The notes: generated by a model not told the origin, from the sequence alone. Numbered from the stretch's first letter, positions 27,737 to 38,041 are shown. The stretch: 64,000 nucleotides of DNA from Anaerolineales bacterium (GCA_046759305.1 JBHIBY010000001.1:4339-68338), one strand, 5' to 3'. A program made the numbers and translations.

Positions 27737-30301
27737 ATGACAGAAGACGTACGCGAGATGCAGAGCAACTTGTATCGCGCTGCTACAACCTCCTTCGATT
27801 TTGACAATCCCAGCGAAGCGCTGAGCGAGCTTCTCGCGATGGCCAGCCAGCTGACTGGGGCGGACCGCGCCGCACTATATGAATTTGATGAGGCGAGTTC
27901 GGGCTTCACGCCTCGTTTGGCGGAGGGTATCGCGGTCAGCGAGCTCGGCCGCCTCTCCTCAACTGCTGAGCACCCTGTGCTTAGAGAAGTGATCTCTAGC
28001 CTTCGCGCCGTGGCAACCGACGGAACAGCTGGCTCAATGGGATTGCCCCTCGCGCCGGGTTCAGTTGCCTGCGCGCCGTGCTTTACAGGGGGCAACACCT
28101 TTGGCTTGATGTTCATTTCTAACGACCGTGGAGAGCCATTTACTGAAGAGGATCTATCCACGCTCGAAGTATTGGCTGCCCGCACGGCTGAGGTTTTAGC
28201 ATTTGCGCGCCAGACCGCGAGCCAGAATTATCTCTTCCATAAGCTTTCGCTCTTGTATCAAGCCAGTCATTCGATCACGGGCACTCACGAGCGGGACGAG
28301 GCGATACGTCAGATGGCTGCGCACATGCTGAAGGCTTCCACAGCCAGCATATGTGAGGTCCAGGTACTCGAAGACGGTATGGAGCGCACGAGCCGGTTCC
28401 AGCAACCACTGGGGCAGTCTGTTCCGCACACGATTGTTACGGATGGACCCATTACGGTTCCGGACTATCCAATTCATGAGAAGGTGCTGAGCGAGCTGAT
28501 GCCCGCCACCATCAGCCTTCAGCCGCCAATTGGCTCGGGAGAGGACCTGGCCCTGCTCCAATCCGAGGGATACACCGCGGCAGCAGTGTTTCCGCTTGCA
28601 GTTGGCAATGATCCACTGGGATTGGTACGCATCCTTTATGAGCAGCCGGGTCGGCAAATCGGGGAACAGGAAATGGAACTGGCCCAAGCCATCGTTAATA
28701 TCGGTGCGATTGGGCTACAGGACGCGATCCACCTTGAGACCGCCGAATCACGGGCCAGCCAACTCCAGGTCCTAAGTGAAATCGGTCGAGAAATGACTTC
28801 AACCCTCGACCTGGAAGCAGCGCTAGAAAACTCCATGAGGTACGCGCAGGAAATGCTTCAAGCAGAAGCCTGTGTACTCTTTCTTATGGATGAAGGCGGC
28901 AAGGAGCTCGTCCTGAAGGCCAGCGGTGGGCGCTTCATGCGCGTGAAAGACGTGGCCATTCGACTGGAGGAGGGCATTGCGGGTTGGGTCGCCCGAAACA
29001 AAGCGCCCTTGATCGTCAATGACGTACGTACAAATCCCCTTTATCACAGCGCCATCGATGCGCAAACCGGCATGCTGACTGCCTCCGTTCTCTGCGTACC
29101 ACTAGAGACGCGCGGCGAGATACTGGGCGTGATCGAAGCGATCAACAACCCGCGTGGCGCCTTCAACAAGACCGATCAGCAAATGCTCTCCTCTGTGGCC
29201 TCCTGGGCTGCGATTGCGCTGGACAATGCCAACCTCTTCCAACGCGTTGCGGAAGAGCGAAGTCGCCTGGAAGCCACACTGGTTGAGACCGCAGACGCGG
29301 TGGTGCTTACCACTTTGTCTGGGCATGTCATCCTGATCAATAAGGCTGCCGCGCAGGCATTCCGTATCAACGCTGAGAAAGCTGTAGGGCGCCCAGCGGA
29401 TGACATTTTCTTCGGACACCCGCTTGGCGATGCGCTGATGAGCCAGACCATCGAGCTGCCAACCACATTGGAAGTCACCACGCCCACGGAACGCACGCTT
29501 TACGCAACTATCAGCGAAGTGACTGACGTGGGTCGCGTTGCCGTAATGCAGGACATTACGGCTCTCAAGCAGATCGATAATATGCGTGCCCAGCTCTTGG
29601 GTACAGCGGCGCACGACTTGAAGAACCCGCTCAATGCCATCCGACTTGGAGCCGATCTACTTGCGGACGCGCCCTTCAGCGAACAACAGCGCAAGGCGCT
29701 GAACATGATGCATCGGGCGACCGACAGTATGACCAGCTTGATCACTGGGCTGCTGGAAACCATTCGCGTCGAGTCGACAGCCAATATCCTGTTCGAGCCG
29801 ACCAATATCAACGATCTGATTCGGCGCGCCATTGAGGACCTTCGTCCACTGGCCGACGCGCAAAAACACACCATCAAATACAACCCGCCAGAGGAATCGC
29901 TGCTGATCATGGGTGATCCCAATCGACTCAACTCGGTCATGAGCAACTTGTTAAGCAATGCCATCAAATTTACCGACCCCGGTGGAAAGATTGATGTCAT
30001 TCTGTATTGGGACGACGATGAGATTACGGTTGGTGTCAAAGACAACGGTCCCGGTATTCCGGAAGAAGAGCTTCCGCGCGTATTTGAGCACCTGTTTCGC
30101 GGCCGCGCCGCGGTGCGTGATCCCAACCACCCTATCGATGGAACCGGTCTAGGATTGGCACTCGCTAAAACCGTTATCGAACAGCACGGCGGCCGCCTTT
30201 GGGTAGAAAGCGAAGAGGGCGAGGGCAGCTCTTTCAAGTTTGCCCTGCCGCGCGAAGCAACCCCCAAGACCGGCTCCCTCAGGCCGGACGACGAACGGTA
30301 G
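27737..30301 (+). CDS. Sensor histidine kinase with N-terminal GAF domains, a PAS domain, HisKA and HATPase_c
   Basis: Canonical GAF (EGIAGWVARNKAPLIVNDV), H-box GTAAHDLKNPLNAI, N-box NLLSNAIKFT, G-boxes DNGPGIP and GTGLGLALAK. No transmembrane helices and no adjacent response regulator. Confidence 0.85.
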   Translation: MTEDVREMQSNLYRAATTSFDFDNPSEALSELLAMASQLTGADRAALYEFDEASSGFTPRLAEGIAVSELGRLSSTAEHPVLREVISSLRAVATDGTAGSMGLPLAPGSVACAPCFTGGNTFGLMFISNDRGEPFTEEDLSTLEVLAARTAEVLAFARQTASQNYLFHKLSLLYQASHSITGTHERDEAIRQMAAHMLKASTASICEVQVLEDGMERTSRFQQPLGQSVPHTIVTDGPITVPDYPIHEKVLSELMPATISLQPPIGSGEDLALLQSEGYTAAAVFPLAVGNDPLGLVRILYEQPGRQIGEQEMELAQAIVNIGAIGLQDAIHLETAESRASQLQVLSEIGREMTSTLDLEAALENSMRYAQEMLQAEACVLFLMDEGGKELVLKASGGRFMRVKDVAIRLEEGIAGWVARNKAPLIVNDVRTNPLYHSAIDAQTGMLTASVLCVPLETRGEILGVIEAINNPRGAFNKTDQQMLSSVASWAAIALDNANLFQRVAEERSRLEATLVETADAVVLTTLSGHVILINKAAAQAFRINAEKAVGRPADDIFFGHPLGDALMSQTIELPTTLEVTTPTERTLYATISEVTDVGRVAVMQDITALKQIDNMRAQLLGTAAHDLKNPLNAIRLGADLLADAPFSEQQRKALNMMHRATDSMTSLITGLLETIRVESTANILFEPTNINDLIRRAIEDLRPLADAQKHTIKYNPPEESLLIMGDPNRLNSVMSNLLSNAIKFTDPGGKIDVILYWDDDEITVGVKDNGPGIPEEELPRVFEHLFRGRAAVRDPNHPIDGTGLGLALAKTVIEQHGGRLWVESEEGEGSSFKFALPREATPKTGSLRPDDER

Positions 30302-30327
30302 GCTTCTCAACTCAAATAGACATCATC

Positions 30328-30356
30328 GACCGCCGATATCGGCGGTCTTTTCGTTT
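30328..30356 (+). terminator. Rho-independent terminator after the histidine kinase
   Basis: Perfect 20-nt palindrome GACCGCCGATATCGGCGGTC followed by TTTTCGTTT. Confidence 0.75.
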
Positions 30357-30570
30357 CCCCGAGCCTCGCATAACTGTGCAGCAGGCGATGCTTTTCGCTT
30401 CAAATCGTTGCACGCCCGATATTCATTTTCCATCGAGTGAGTTCCGGTCAGCCGACGAATCTTACAACCTGTGGCTGGACCTGGAATCCCAAATAGCTCT
30501 AGTAGATAGCAGTGCAAACGCGGGTTAGAATTCGATCCTTGTGGTCCCTTCCACATATTGGGAGGATTGG

Positions 30571-31422
30571 GTGGCAAAATCCAAATTTAGGTTTGGAACG
30601 GTTGGAACACCTCGCTCAACGCCGAAAAAGCCGGGCGGCGCGGTTGGGGCAGTCCAGCAGCTGAACCAACTCGGACTGAACGCATTTGAGATCGGCTGGG
30701 TTCGATCCGTGCGAGTGAAAGAGGAAACATGCGCCCTAATCAAGGAAGCCGGCGAGGAGCACGATGTCGCGCTCAGCGTGCATGCTCCTTACTACATCAA
30801 TCTCAACGCCACAGACGAAGAGTGGCCCAAAAGCCGCAAGCGGTTGATGGACGCCGCCCACTATGGAAATCTTGCTGGGGCGACGGACATCATATTCCAT
30901 CCCGGCTCATATTTCGGGCAACCGCCAGAGGAAGTGCTCGAATTCGTTGTTCCGAGGCTCCAAGGCTGCGTGGATGAACTGCGAGCCGCAGAAAATTCGG
31001 CAACGTTGAGGCCGGAAACGATGGGCAAGAGCGCTCAGCTCGGTACGCTTGAGGATGCGCTGGTCATGTCAAAGGAGATCGAGGGAGTCGAACCCTGCGT
31101 GGACGTCTCGCATCTTCACGCACGCGCGGGGGACGGATCGCAAAACTCGTACGAGGAATGGATGGAATCCCTCAGAAGCTACAAGAAGGCTCTCGGAGCA
31201 CGCGCCCTTAAGCGCATGCACGTGCATCTCTCGGGAATCGAGTATGGTCCCAAGGGGGAGAGAAACCATCTGATGCTGGCCGAATCCGATTTCGATCTGA
31301 ATGGGCTGCTTCGCGCCCTGCATGAAATGGGATGCGGTGGCCGGATTGTCTGCGAGAGCCCAATCATGGAAGACGACGCGCTCGTGATCCAGAAGGCCTG
31401 GTCGAAGCTCGCTGACAAATGA
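30571..31422 (+). CDS. Endonuclease IV-like (AP endonuclease family 2 / xylose-isomerase-like TIM barrel)
   Basis: Metal-ligand pattern HAPYYINL, IFHPGSY, CVDVSHLHA, HVHLSG...GERNH. The GTG at 30571 is preceded by GGGAGG. Confidence 0.68.
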   Translation: MAKSKFRFGTVGTPRSTPKKPGGAVGAVQQLNQLGLNAFEIGWVRSVRVKEETCALIKEAGEEHDVALSVHAPYYINLNATDEEWPKSRKRLMDAAHYGNLAGATDIIFHPGSYFGQPPEEVLEFVVPRLQGCVDELRAAENSATLRPETMGKSAQLGTLEDALVMSKEIEGVEPCVDVSHLHARAGDGSQNSYEEWMESLRSYKKALGARALKRMHVHLSGIEYGPKGERNHLMLAESDFDLNGLLRALHEMGCGGRIVCESPIMEDDALVIQKAWSKLADK

Positions 31423-31485
31423 AAGCGGAACTGGACAGAGTTTGAAGAGCAAGCTATCAAATCACTTTCGACCAGCCAAAAAACA

Positions 31486-31510
31486 GCGGGCTGCCCACAT
31501 GGGCAGCCCG
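31486..31510. terminator. Bidirectional hairpin between convergent genes
   Basis: CGGGCTGCCC-ACAT-GGGCAGCCCG, flanked by an A-run upstream and TTTT downstream. Confidence 0.6.
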
Positions 31511-31533
31511 TGATCGATTTTCCGAGATTCTAC

Positions 31534-32706
31534 TTAAGCGCTCACGTCCTGATCTTGACCCGGCTCCCAGCCGGGATCTTTGCGATTCGGTCCGTCTTCG
31601 GGGCGATCCTGCGGGCCTCGCGCTGGTCGATCCTCAGGATTTCTGGCTCCAATGAAGATCGCGAGCAGTCCATCATCGGTTTCGTTGGCGCCCACGGCTG
31701 CCATCATACCGAGCTTCAGTTCTCCAAATCCACTGATGCCCTTGTAGTGGGTGTTCTCGTTCACACCGAACGATAGACGTTTGCCATCTCGGGTCTGGAT
31801 GGTGAAGGAGCCAGTACCTAACGCAACTACTTCGCCGCCCACCTTGACATCCAGTTCCGGTCTGTCCTTGGGATTGCCAACAGCAACAACCAGTGCCAGC
31901 AGCTGACCGCTATCTTGCCTCACTGCACCGACCATGGCCATCATCCCTTTCTTAAGATCGTGGATGTCCTGGATGGAGCCGTCCCGACTGTGGTACTTGG
32001 TCCGTTCACTCGTAGAAAGCGGGAACTCCTCGCCTCCCCGGTTCACGAGCGTGAAGGTGCCTTGGCCGGGGACGACCCCGGTGATCTCGCCCGCCAACCT
32101 CGTGACATCAGGCCGCTCTTTGGGCTCACCAACAGCGACCAATATCGCAAGCGGCGCACCGTCCTCCTGCGGGAGAGCAGCTACTTTCGCGTGCATCCCG
32201 GGCTTAAGACTTTCAAAGCCCTCGATCCCCTCGCCCCGGTATTTGGTACGTTCACCCGTCTGGAATGGGATTGTCTCGCCCTCTCGGGTCTCGAGTGCAA
32301 ATGTCTGGGTACTGGGATCGACTGCCCGGATCTGGCCCGCTACTCTCAGATGATCCGGGAGATCTTCCGGATTTCCGGCTGCCACCATAAGCGCCAGCAA
32401 GCTGCCATCGGTCTGCTCAGCGGCGACGACCAAAGCCTTCATTCCCACTTTCAGGTCATGGATGTCCTCGATCGAACCATTGGGGCTGCGGAACTTCGTG
32501 TTCTCAGCGGTCTGAAACTCAAGCTCCTCGCCACGGCGGGTCATCAGCGTGAATGTCCCCTGCCCGGGAACGACAGCACTAATTTCGCCTACGGCTCGGA
32601 CTCTGCCTTCGGGGTCCTCCAGGGCCTCTTCCTGGGCGAGCACCACGCCCGGCACCAGAAGTGCGACCAGTAGAACTCCTATTGTGGCTATGCGCAACTT
32701 ATTCAT
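31534..32706 (-). CDS. Secreted protein made of four tandem ~85-aa repeats (DUF5666-like)
   Basis: Signal peptide MNKLRIATIGVLLVALLVPGVVLA. Four repeats share the pattern G(E/Q)Ixx(V)xxGxGTFTLxTRxGEExxFxTxExTKYxxxxGxxxxxxDLKxGMxAxVxAxxxxDGxLLALxVAxGNPxDRP. Confidence 0.75.
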   Translation of the reverse strand: MNKLRIATIGVLLVALLVPGVVLAQEEALEDPEGRVRAVGEISAVVPGQGTFTLMTRRGEELEFQTAENTKFRSPNGSIEDIHDLKVGMKALVVAAEQTDGSLLALMVAAGNPEDLPDHLRVAGQIRAVDPSTQTFALETREGETIPFQTGERTKYRGEGIEGFESLKPGMHAKVAALPQEDGAPLAILVAVGEPKERPDVTRLAGEITGVVPGQGTFTLVNRGGEEFPLSTSERTKYHSRDGSIQDIHDLKKGMMAMVGAVRQDSGQLLALVVAVGNPKDRPELDVKVGGEVVALGTGSFTIQTRDGKRLSFGVNENTHYKGISGFGELKLGMMAAVGANETDDGLLAIFIGARNPEDRPARGPQDRPEDGPNRKDPGWEPGQDQDVSA

Positions 32707-32860
32707 CTCGATGTACCTCCCTTTGTCATTACCTAGCGGTCATGATGCGGTAGGTGCGATATAGGGAGTTTGGAACAGTGTAAAAAGGGGGTAAATGTAG
32801 TTGCGGGGGGCTAACGCATAGAAGAGGAAATTTGTTCCATTGGCCCAAGCATGTCCAGTA

Positions 32861-33505
32861 CTAGCTTTCAGGGAAGGCGATCACTTCTTTGCCTGCCAGT
32901 TTGTCCTGGATTCGATCCACCACGATGTCCAGATGGCTCGGGCGGTTCACAAAATCTAGATCGTCGGCACGGATGGTAAGCGTCGGGCACAGGTCAAAAT
33001 CCGCCATCCATTCCTCGTAGTATTTCTCAAGGAGGGTGAGGTATTCCGCGGTGACACCTCCCTCCATGTCCCGTCCACGTGCCTGAATGCGCTCCATCAG
33101 AACCGGCACCGAAGCCTTCAAATAGATCAAAAGATCCGGAGTCGGCAGCAAGTTGACCACCAGATCAAACACCTGGCGATAGGTCGCATAATCTCGGTCT
33201 GATACCGTGCCGAGCTCCAGCGCTGCTCTGGCAAAGATCTCCGCATCTTCGTAAATGGAACGATCGATCATGGCCGAAACCGCTGATCCTGCGAGCGCCC
33301 TATGCTGCTTCGCCCGGTGTCCGAGGAAAAAGATTTGCAGGTAGAAAGCCCAACTCTGCATATCCGCATAGAAGTCCGCAAGATAGGGGTTATCGTCGAC
33401 CGACTCAAATGCCGTTTCCCATCCAAGCCGCTCTCCGAGCTTTTCGGTCAGGGAGGTCTTTCCTGCGCCGATATTTCCGGATACCAGAACGAAGTGCTTA
33501 GCCAT
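32861..33505 (-). CDS. Deoxynucleoside kinase
   Basis: P-loop GNIGAGKTS, DRS motif (MIDRSIYED) and ERIQARGRDME lid. Confidence 0.85.
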   Translation of the reverse strand: MAKHFVLVSGNIGAGKTSLTEKLGERLGWETAFESVDDNPYLADFYADMQSWAFYLQIFFLGHRAKQHRALAGSAVSAMIDRSIYEDAEIFARAALELGTVSDRDYATYRQVFDLVVNLLPTPDLLIYLKASVPVLMERIQARGRDMEGGVTAEYLTLLEKYYEEWMADFDLCPTLTIRADDLDFVNRPSHLDIVVDRIQDKLAGKEVIAFPES

Positions 33506-33638
33506 TCAAACTTTCTCAGTATCTGTAATCGCTGATTGTGGGGACCGTCAAAGCATAGCACGAGTCCCAACTTAGCTAGCTTGACATCTCAGAATACACT
33601 CATCCAATTCATGATCACGATGGGTACACTTGAGCGGC

Positions 33639-34493
33639 ATGTCTGGCCATCTAGCTGGAAAAACAGCTTTAGTAACGGGCGCAACGTCTGGGATTGGATT
33701 CCATACCGCACGGGGATTAGCCCGCAAAGGTGCGAATGTGGTACTCGGCGGCCGATACGAGCATCGTGCGCGGGAGGCGGTCGAGGCAATCCGCAATGAG
33801 TCCACTGTACCTGAAATCAGCTACTTAATAGCCGATATGAGCTCAATGGCGAACGTTCATCGGTTTGCCGAGGCATTTGTCGACCGATATCCACGCCTTG
33901 ACATACTCGTCAATAACGTCGGTGGTTTTTATCTAATGCGTCAGACCAGCGAAGATGGTTATGAGATGACTTTCGCCCTCAACCACCTGAGCCATTTCCT
34001 TTTGACGGAGCGACTTCGGGATCTGTTGATCGCAAGCGCGCCTGCTCGCGTTGTCAATGTGTCATCAACTGCACACCGCAATTCGCGTATCAACTTTGAA
34101 GATCCTCAAATGTCGCGGCGCTATTGGGGCCTGACAGCCTACGGTCAATCGAAGCTGGCCAACGTGCTTTTCACCTATGAGCTCGCGCACCGTCTGGTTG
34201 ATGCTCGCGTAACGGCCAACGCTCTCCATCCGGGATTCGTGCGAACGGGCCTAGCAACCAAGAACCTAAATCCGCTCTTAGCTATGATTGTTAAACTGGG
34301 ATTTCTCGTCGGAGTGAGCCCCGAGGAAGGTTCCCTCACTTCGTTGATGCTCGCAAGTTCGCCCGAGCTCGAAGGCGTTACCGGAAAATACTACAGCGTT
34401 GGGAGACAAGTCCGCTCCTCCGGGCGCTCATACGATAAGGCTTCTGCGGAGCGGCTCTGGGATCTAAGCCTTGAGCTGACTGGGCTTGCCTAG
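33639..34493 (+). CDS. Short-chain dehydrogenase/reductase (retinol-dehydrogenase-like)
   Basis: GKTALVTGATSGIG, NNVG, and a YGQSK catalytic pair. The ATG at 33639 is preferred to the TTG at 33630. Confidence 0.85.
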   Translation: MSGHLAGKTALVTGATSGIGFHTARGLARKGANVVLGGRYEHRAREAVEAIRNESTVPEISYLIADMSSMANVHRFAEAFVDRYPRLDILVNNVGGFYLMRQTSEDGYEMTFALNHLSHFLLTERLRDLLIASAPARVVNVSSTAHRNSRINFEDPQMSRRYWGLTAYGQSKLANVLFTYELAHRLVDARVTANALHPGFVRTGLATKNLNPLLAMIVKLGFLVGVSPEEGSLTSLMLASSPELEGVTGKYYSVGRQVRSSGRSYDKASAERLWDLSLELTGLA

Positions 34494-34514
34494 CCCCATT
34501 CTTCTGAATCAATA

Positions 34515-34538
34515 CGGGCCAGCTTATGGGCTGGCCCG
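34515..34538. terminator. Hairpin between convergent genes
   Basis: CGGGCCAGC-TTATGG-GCTGGCCCG. No U-tract. Confidence 0.4.
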
Positions 34539-34565
34539 CAGGCGCCATTGCGCGCGAATGATTGG

Positions 34566-34772
34566 CTACTTATCACCCATGGTAGCCCGGAGATTCTCTA
34601 GTACCTCCATTGCTTTAGCCCACTTTCCAGGCCAATTTTCCTCGCTGTCAAGGTGATTGTCCTTCCACAGGCGATCGGCCTGATCCTGGCCCGCAAGTTC
34701 GACGGCCTCGCTATAGAGAGCGCCCATATTAAGCTGAACCGTGCGCTTGTCATCTGGCTGGTCTGGTGCCAT
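34566..34772 (-). CDS. Small hypothetical protein (68 aa)
   Basis: ORF only. SD-like GAGGAGG upstream of the ATG. No recognisable motif. Confidence 0.4.
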   Translation of the reverse strand: MAPDQPDDKRTVQLNMGALYSEAVELAGQDQADRLWKDNHLDSEENWPGKWAKAMEVLENLRATMGDK

Positions 34773-34834
34773 TCATGCCTCCTCGCGTGCGGAACGAATC
34801 AATTATGGCACAGTTGATTCTGGTTCGCAGACAG

Positions 34835-36190
34835 CTAAACCGTCACACCCGTGAACCTGAAATCCCGGATCTTCACCGCCGGCGCAGACACAGCCGCGCG
34901 TAGAAAATCATCCACGACTACTCGCGTCTCCAATCCGACAGCCTCCACATTGTGCAATGCCTCAACGTAGGACTGTGTGAAGCGGAAATCTTTTAGTGGA
35001 CACTGAATCTTGCCGCCTTCGACTAAAAAGACGCCGTCACGCGTCATCCCTGTCACTACACAATCTCTTGGATGGACATGCCGTGTGTAGTGAAATCGCG
35101 TAATGTAAAGACCGCGCTCGGTGGATTCGATTAACTCCTGCGTGCTTTTATCACCGGGAGCCATGAATAGATTCGTTGGCAGCGGCGAATACATGCGGAT
35201 CATGGGGGGAAAATCAGGCGAAAGAGCATGCCCAGTGCTGCTTAAGCCCTGTTGGGCAGCTGTCTCACGGTCGTAGGCTGCCCCCTTCACCACTCCCTGG
35301 CTGACGATATCTAGCTTCTGGCGCCCCGTTCCTTCAGCGTCGAATGGCTGGGGAACGCCCCCTAAATCAAAGCCATCGTCCCAAATACTGACCATTTCGT
35401 TCATAGATTGCTTGCCGATGCGCTCTGAGATCCATGAGCGACCTTCGGCAACGGCCCGCCCTCCCATCCCTGGTAGAGCGAGCATCTGGATTAGATCTAC
35501 CGTCGCGTAGGGATCGAGCACAACCGTCATCGGCTCGGCTTCCAAGCTCCCCGGATCTACTCCATCAGCGGCTTTTTGGATGGCTTCCTCACCCAGAGCC
35601 TGAACCGGGACTTCCTCCAATTTCCAATGCGATGCCTGAGCCCAGCCTGAGGAGCCGTTGTTCCGGACCACGATTTGAAAGTCTGCCAATGATCCGGCGT
35701 GGTATCCAAAAAGCCCATTCGAATTTGCGACTGCCAGTTCCGTAGCTTCGACCATATAGGCGCCATAGGCCTCTTGGCCGCTCTCAGCTGCTGCTTGGCA
35801 GACCCTCCCTACTTGCTCGGCTCGTTCATTCGGCGATTGGTCAACCACCGCTTGATCTATGGCAGCGATCGTCGCTAGCTCCTCTTGCTGCGAGAGCGAA
35901 GGAACTTCCGTATGCTCAGGTCCCGCATCAGCATTTTTTGTGGCGCGATCAACCGCTTCTCGCAGTGACCTAGTATCCAGCGCGTTGGTCGAAGCCATGC
36001 CTTCGTGGTTTCCTGCCCACACCTTCAGATGTACTCGCGCTTCTTTTTCTCCGACATTTTGGTGGACAGAGTTCCTGCAGAACCGCGTGAGGTCGCTAGC
36101 CTTAGAGCTAATAACAAGCTCCGCGGCATCGGCGGCACAGTAGCTCAGCACTTTGTCGGCGATAGATCTAGTTTCAGCTTCACCCAGCAT
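34835..36190 (-). CDS. pmbA: PmbA/TldE-family metalloprotease subunit
   Basis: TldD/PmbA-family C-terminal pattern (GLYITRFHYT, GMTRDG). It lies directly downstream of tldD. Confidence 0.82.
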   Translation of the reverse strand: MLGEAETRSIADKVLSYCAADAAELVISSKASDLTRFCRNSVHQNVGEKEARVHLKVWAGNHEGMASTNALDTRSLREAVDRATKNADAGPEHTEVPSLSQQEELATIAAIDQAVVDQSPNERAEQVGRVCQAAAESGQEAYGAYMVEATELAVANSNGLFGYHAGSLADFQIVVRNNGSSGWAQASHWKLEEVPVQALGEEAIQKAADGVDPGSLEAEPMTVVLDPYATVDLIQMLALPGMGGRAVAEGRSWISERIGKQSMNEMVSIWDDGFDLGGVPQPFDAEGTGRQKLDIVSQGVVKGAAYDRETAAQQGLSSTGHALSPDFPPMIRMYSPLPTNLFMAPGDKSTQELIESTERGLYITRFHYTRHVHPRDCVVTGMTRDGVFLVEGGKIQCPLKDFRFTQSYVEALHNVEAVGLETRVVVDDFLRAAVSAPAVKIRDFRFTGVTV

Positions 36191-36204
36191 TCCATACCCT
36201 CATT

Positions 36205-37647
36205 TCATCCTAGTATCCCGACTTGTACGTTTCGGAAACGTGCAGGAGCGGCACCATGACCGGTGTGTGCCGCCTGACCCGGCTGACCCTTGCCACAGTT
36301 CGGAGTTCCCCACATCGTCCAGTGGTCTTCGTTGCCGATCGCATCGCAGCTGTTCCAGAATTCAGGCGTGATCCCGGTGTAAGTTGGGTTGCGCAGCATT
36401 TTGCCAAGCTTCCCATTCTTGATCTCGTAACCCATCTCCGTGCCAAACTGGAAGTTATGGCGTCGATCGTCGATCGACCAGGAGCGGTTGGTTTCCATGT
36501 AGATCCCATCGTCAGTGTCGGCAATGAGGTCATCCAAGGTCCACGATCCCGGTTCCAGGCTGACGTTCGTCATTCGAATTAGCGGGATCCGGTTCCATCC
36601 CGAAGCACGCATGCTTCCATTTGAGGTCAGCCCCAGCCGGGGCGCCGTCTCGCGGGACATCAAATAACCGACAAATTCGCCTTCTTTCACGATCGGGGTG
36701 GATTGCGCCGGCACGCCTTCATCATCCCAGCCAAAAGTACCCAGGCCATTCGGCCTCACGCTTTCAGCGGTGATGTTCACGACCTCCGAACCGTAACGGA
36801 AATTGTTTAGCTTGTCGGTGGTTAAGAATGAAGTTCCCGCGTAAGCTGCCTCGGTTCCGTAAACTCGATCCAACTCGATCGGATGACCGCATGACTCGTG
36901 GATCTGTAGGGCGACTTGATCGCCGCCCAGGATGATGTCTTCAATCCCACTCGGGCATGGATCTGCCTTCAGCAGCGCAACGGCCTCGCTAGTGATCCGC
37001 TCTGCATTACCTGGCAGATCCCAAGCTACGACGGTTTCCCAGCCGGCAGTCACCTGCTGTCGCCCCCAAGATGAAGGGTAGGAGCGCTGCTGTACTTCTC
37101 CTTCTCCTACCGCATACACCACCATGCCTCCACCCGTTTCAATAATGGTCTGCTCCGTGCGCGCTCCCTCGCTATTGGCAAACCATTTCTGCTCCTTGAT
37201 AAAAACAAGATTCAGCGTGCGAGCCTTGATCTCAGGCACCGTTGCCAGGATCTGATCCGTCTCCATCAAGACACTCACCTTTTGATCAAGCGGTACCGTA
37301 AACGGATCGATCTCAACTGGGGTTATGTACCTGCCCTGACTGGTTACCGCAGGTCCGAGATCGACCTCCTCCCCAGGCACGAGGGCCGAGGCTTTGGCGA
37401 TTTCGAAAGCGCGGTCGGCGACTCGGTCGACCGCCTCCAGGCTTAGATCCCGAGTGGATGCAAAACCCCACGCGCCATCCACCAGCACTCTGACTCCGAT
37501 CCCCAGGTTCTTAGAACTCTCAAGCGTTCGCATATCTCCATTTTGGAGAACAAGCGTTTCGGTTTCATTGTCGACGATACGCGCATCCGCATATTGGGCG
37601 CCCCGCGCGTTCGCCAGATCCATGGCACGGTCGAGCAGATCCTTCAT
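36205..37647 (-). CDS. tldD: TldD-family metalloprotease
   Basis: Has the HExxxH-type motif HESCGHPIELDR and the C-terminal GxC motif GTPNCGKG. Confidence 0.9.
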   Translation of the reverse strand: MKDLLDRAMDLANARGAQYADARIVDNETETLVLQNGDMRTLESSKNLGIGVRVLVDGAWGFASTRDLSLEAVDRVADRAFEIAKASALVPGEEVDLGPAVTSQGRYITPVEIDPFTVPLDQKVSVLMETDQILATVPEIKARTLNLVFIKEQKWFANSEGARTEQTIIETGGGMVVYAVGEGEVQQRSYPSSWGRQQVTAGWETVVAWDLPGNAERITSEAVALLKADPCPSGIEDIILGGDQVALQIHESCGHPIELDRVYGTEAAYAGTSFLTTDKLNNFRYGSEVVNITAESVRPNGLGTFGWDDEGVPAQSTPIVKEGEFVGYLMSRETAPRLGLTSNGSMRASGWNRIPLIRMTNVSLEPGSWTLDDLIADTDDGIYMETNRSWSIDDRRHNFQFGTEMGYEIKNGKLGKMLRNPTYTGITPEFWNSCDAIGNEDHWTMWGTPNCGKGQPGQAAHTGHGAAPARFRNVQVGILG

Positions 37648-37711
37648 TCGGCAACTATTTTTCAGCCAGAACTCGTATTCTATTCTGATTGATGGAGGGT
37701 CTGGAAGCGAA

Positions 37712-37990
37712 TCATAAGGTCGAACTGGGGATTTTGAGCAGGATCGTCGTCCCGAGACCAGGTTCGCTCTCCGCTCGAATGGTCCCTCCTTGAGCCTACG
37801 TCAGCGATTTAGCAATTGCGAGCCCGATCCTGCGCCCACGAGGATCCATTTCAACGTTTTTGGCTTCATGTTGTGCTCCTTTCGAAATCTCATTGCGAGG
37901 TCCTCGGACCTAAGCATACGGATATCGGTTCAGAAACTGTTGAGCAGTGGAGTGCTCTTTACAAATTCCTGGACGCTCTCGTCCAGCTGA
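37712..37990 (-). pseudogene. Decayed C-terminal remnant of a histidine kinase (HATPase_c G-boxes)
   Basis: Manual minus-strand translation gives ...RIGLAIAKSLT*AQGGTIRAESEPGLGTTILLKIPSSTL*. There is an in-frame TAG at 37798..37796, and the frame is lost further upstream (EDLAMRF is in another frame). No intact ORF remains. Confidence 0.5.
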
Positions 37991-38041
37991 GAGACTTCAC
38001 CTATTCTTAACAGGATCGCGCTCACAGGGTGTTAGGATCCA

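Noticed and set aside
29500-30267. 255-aa minus-strand ORF
   Set aside because: It is antisense to the HisKA/HATPase_c part of the histidine kinase, which has unmistakable motifs.
31915-32673. 252-aa plus-strand ORF
   Set aside because: It is antisense to the four-repeat secreted protein. The minus frame has a signal peptide and clean internal repeats.
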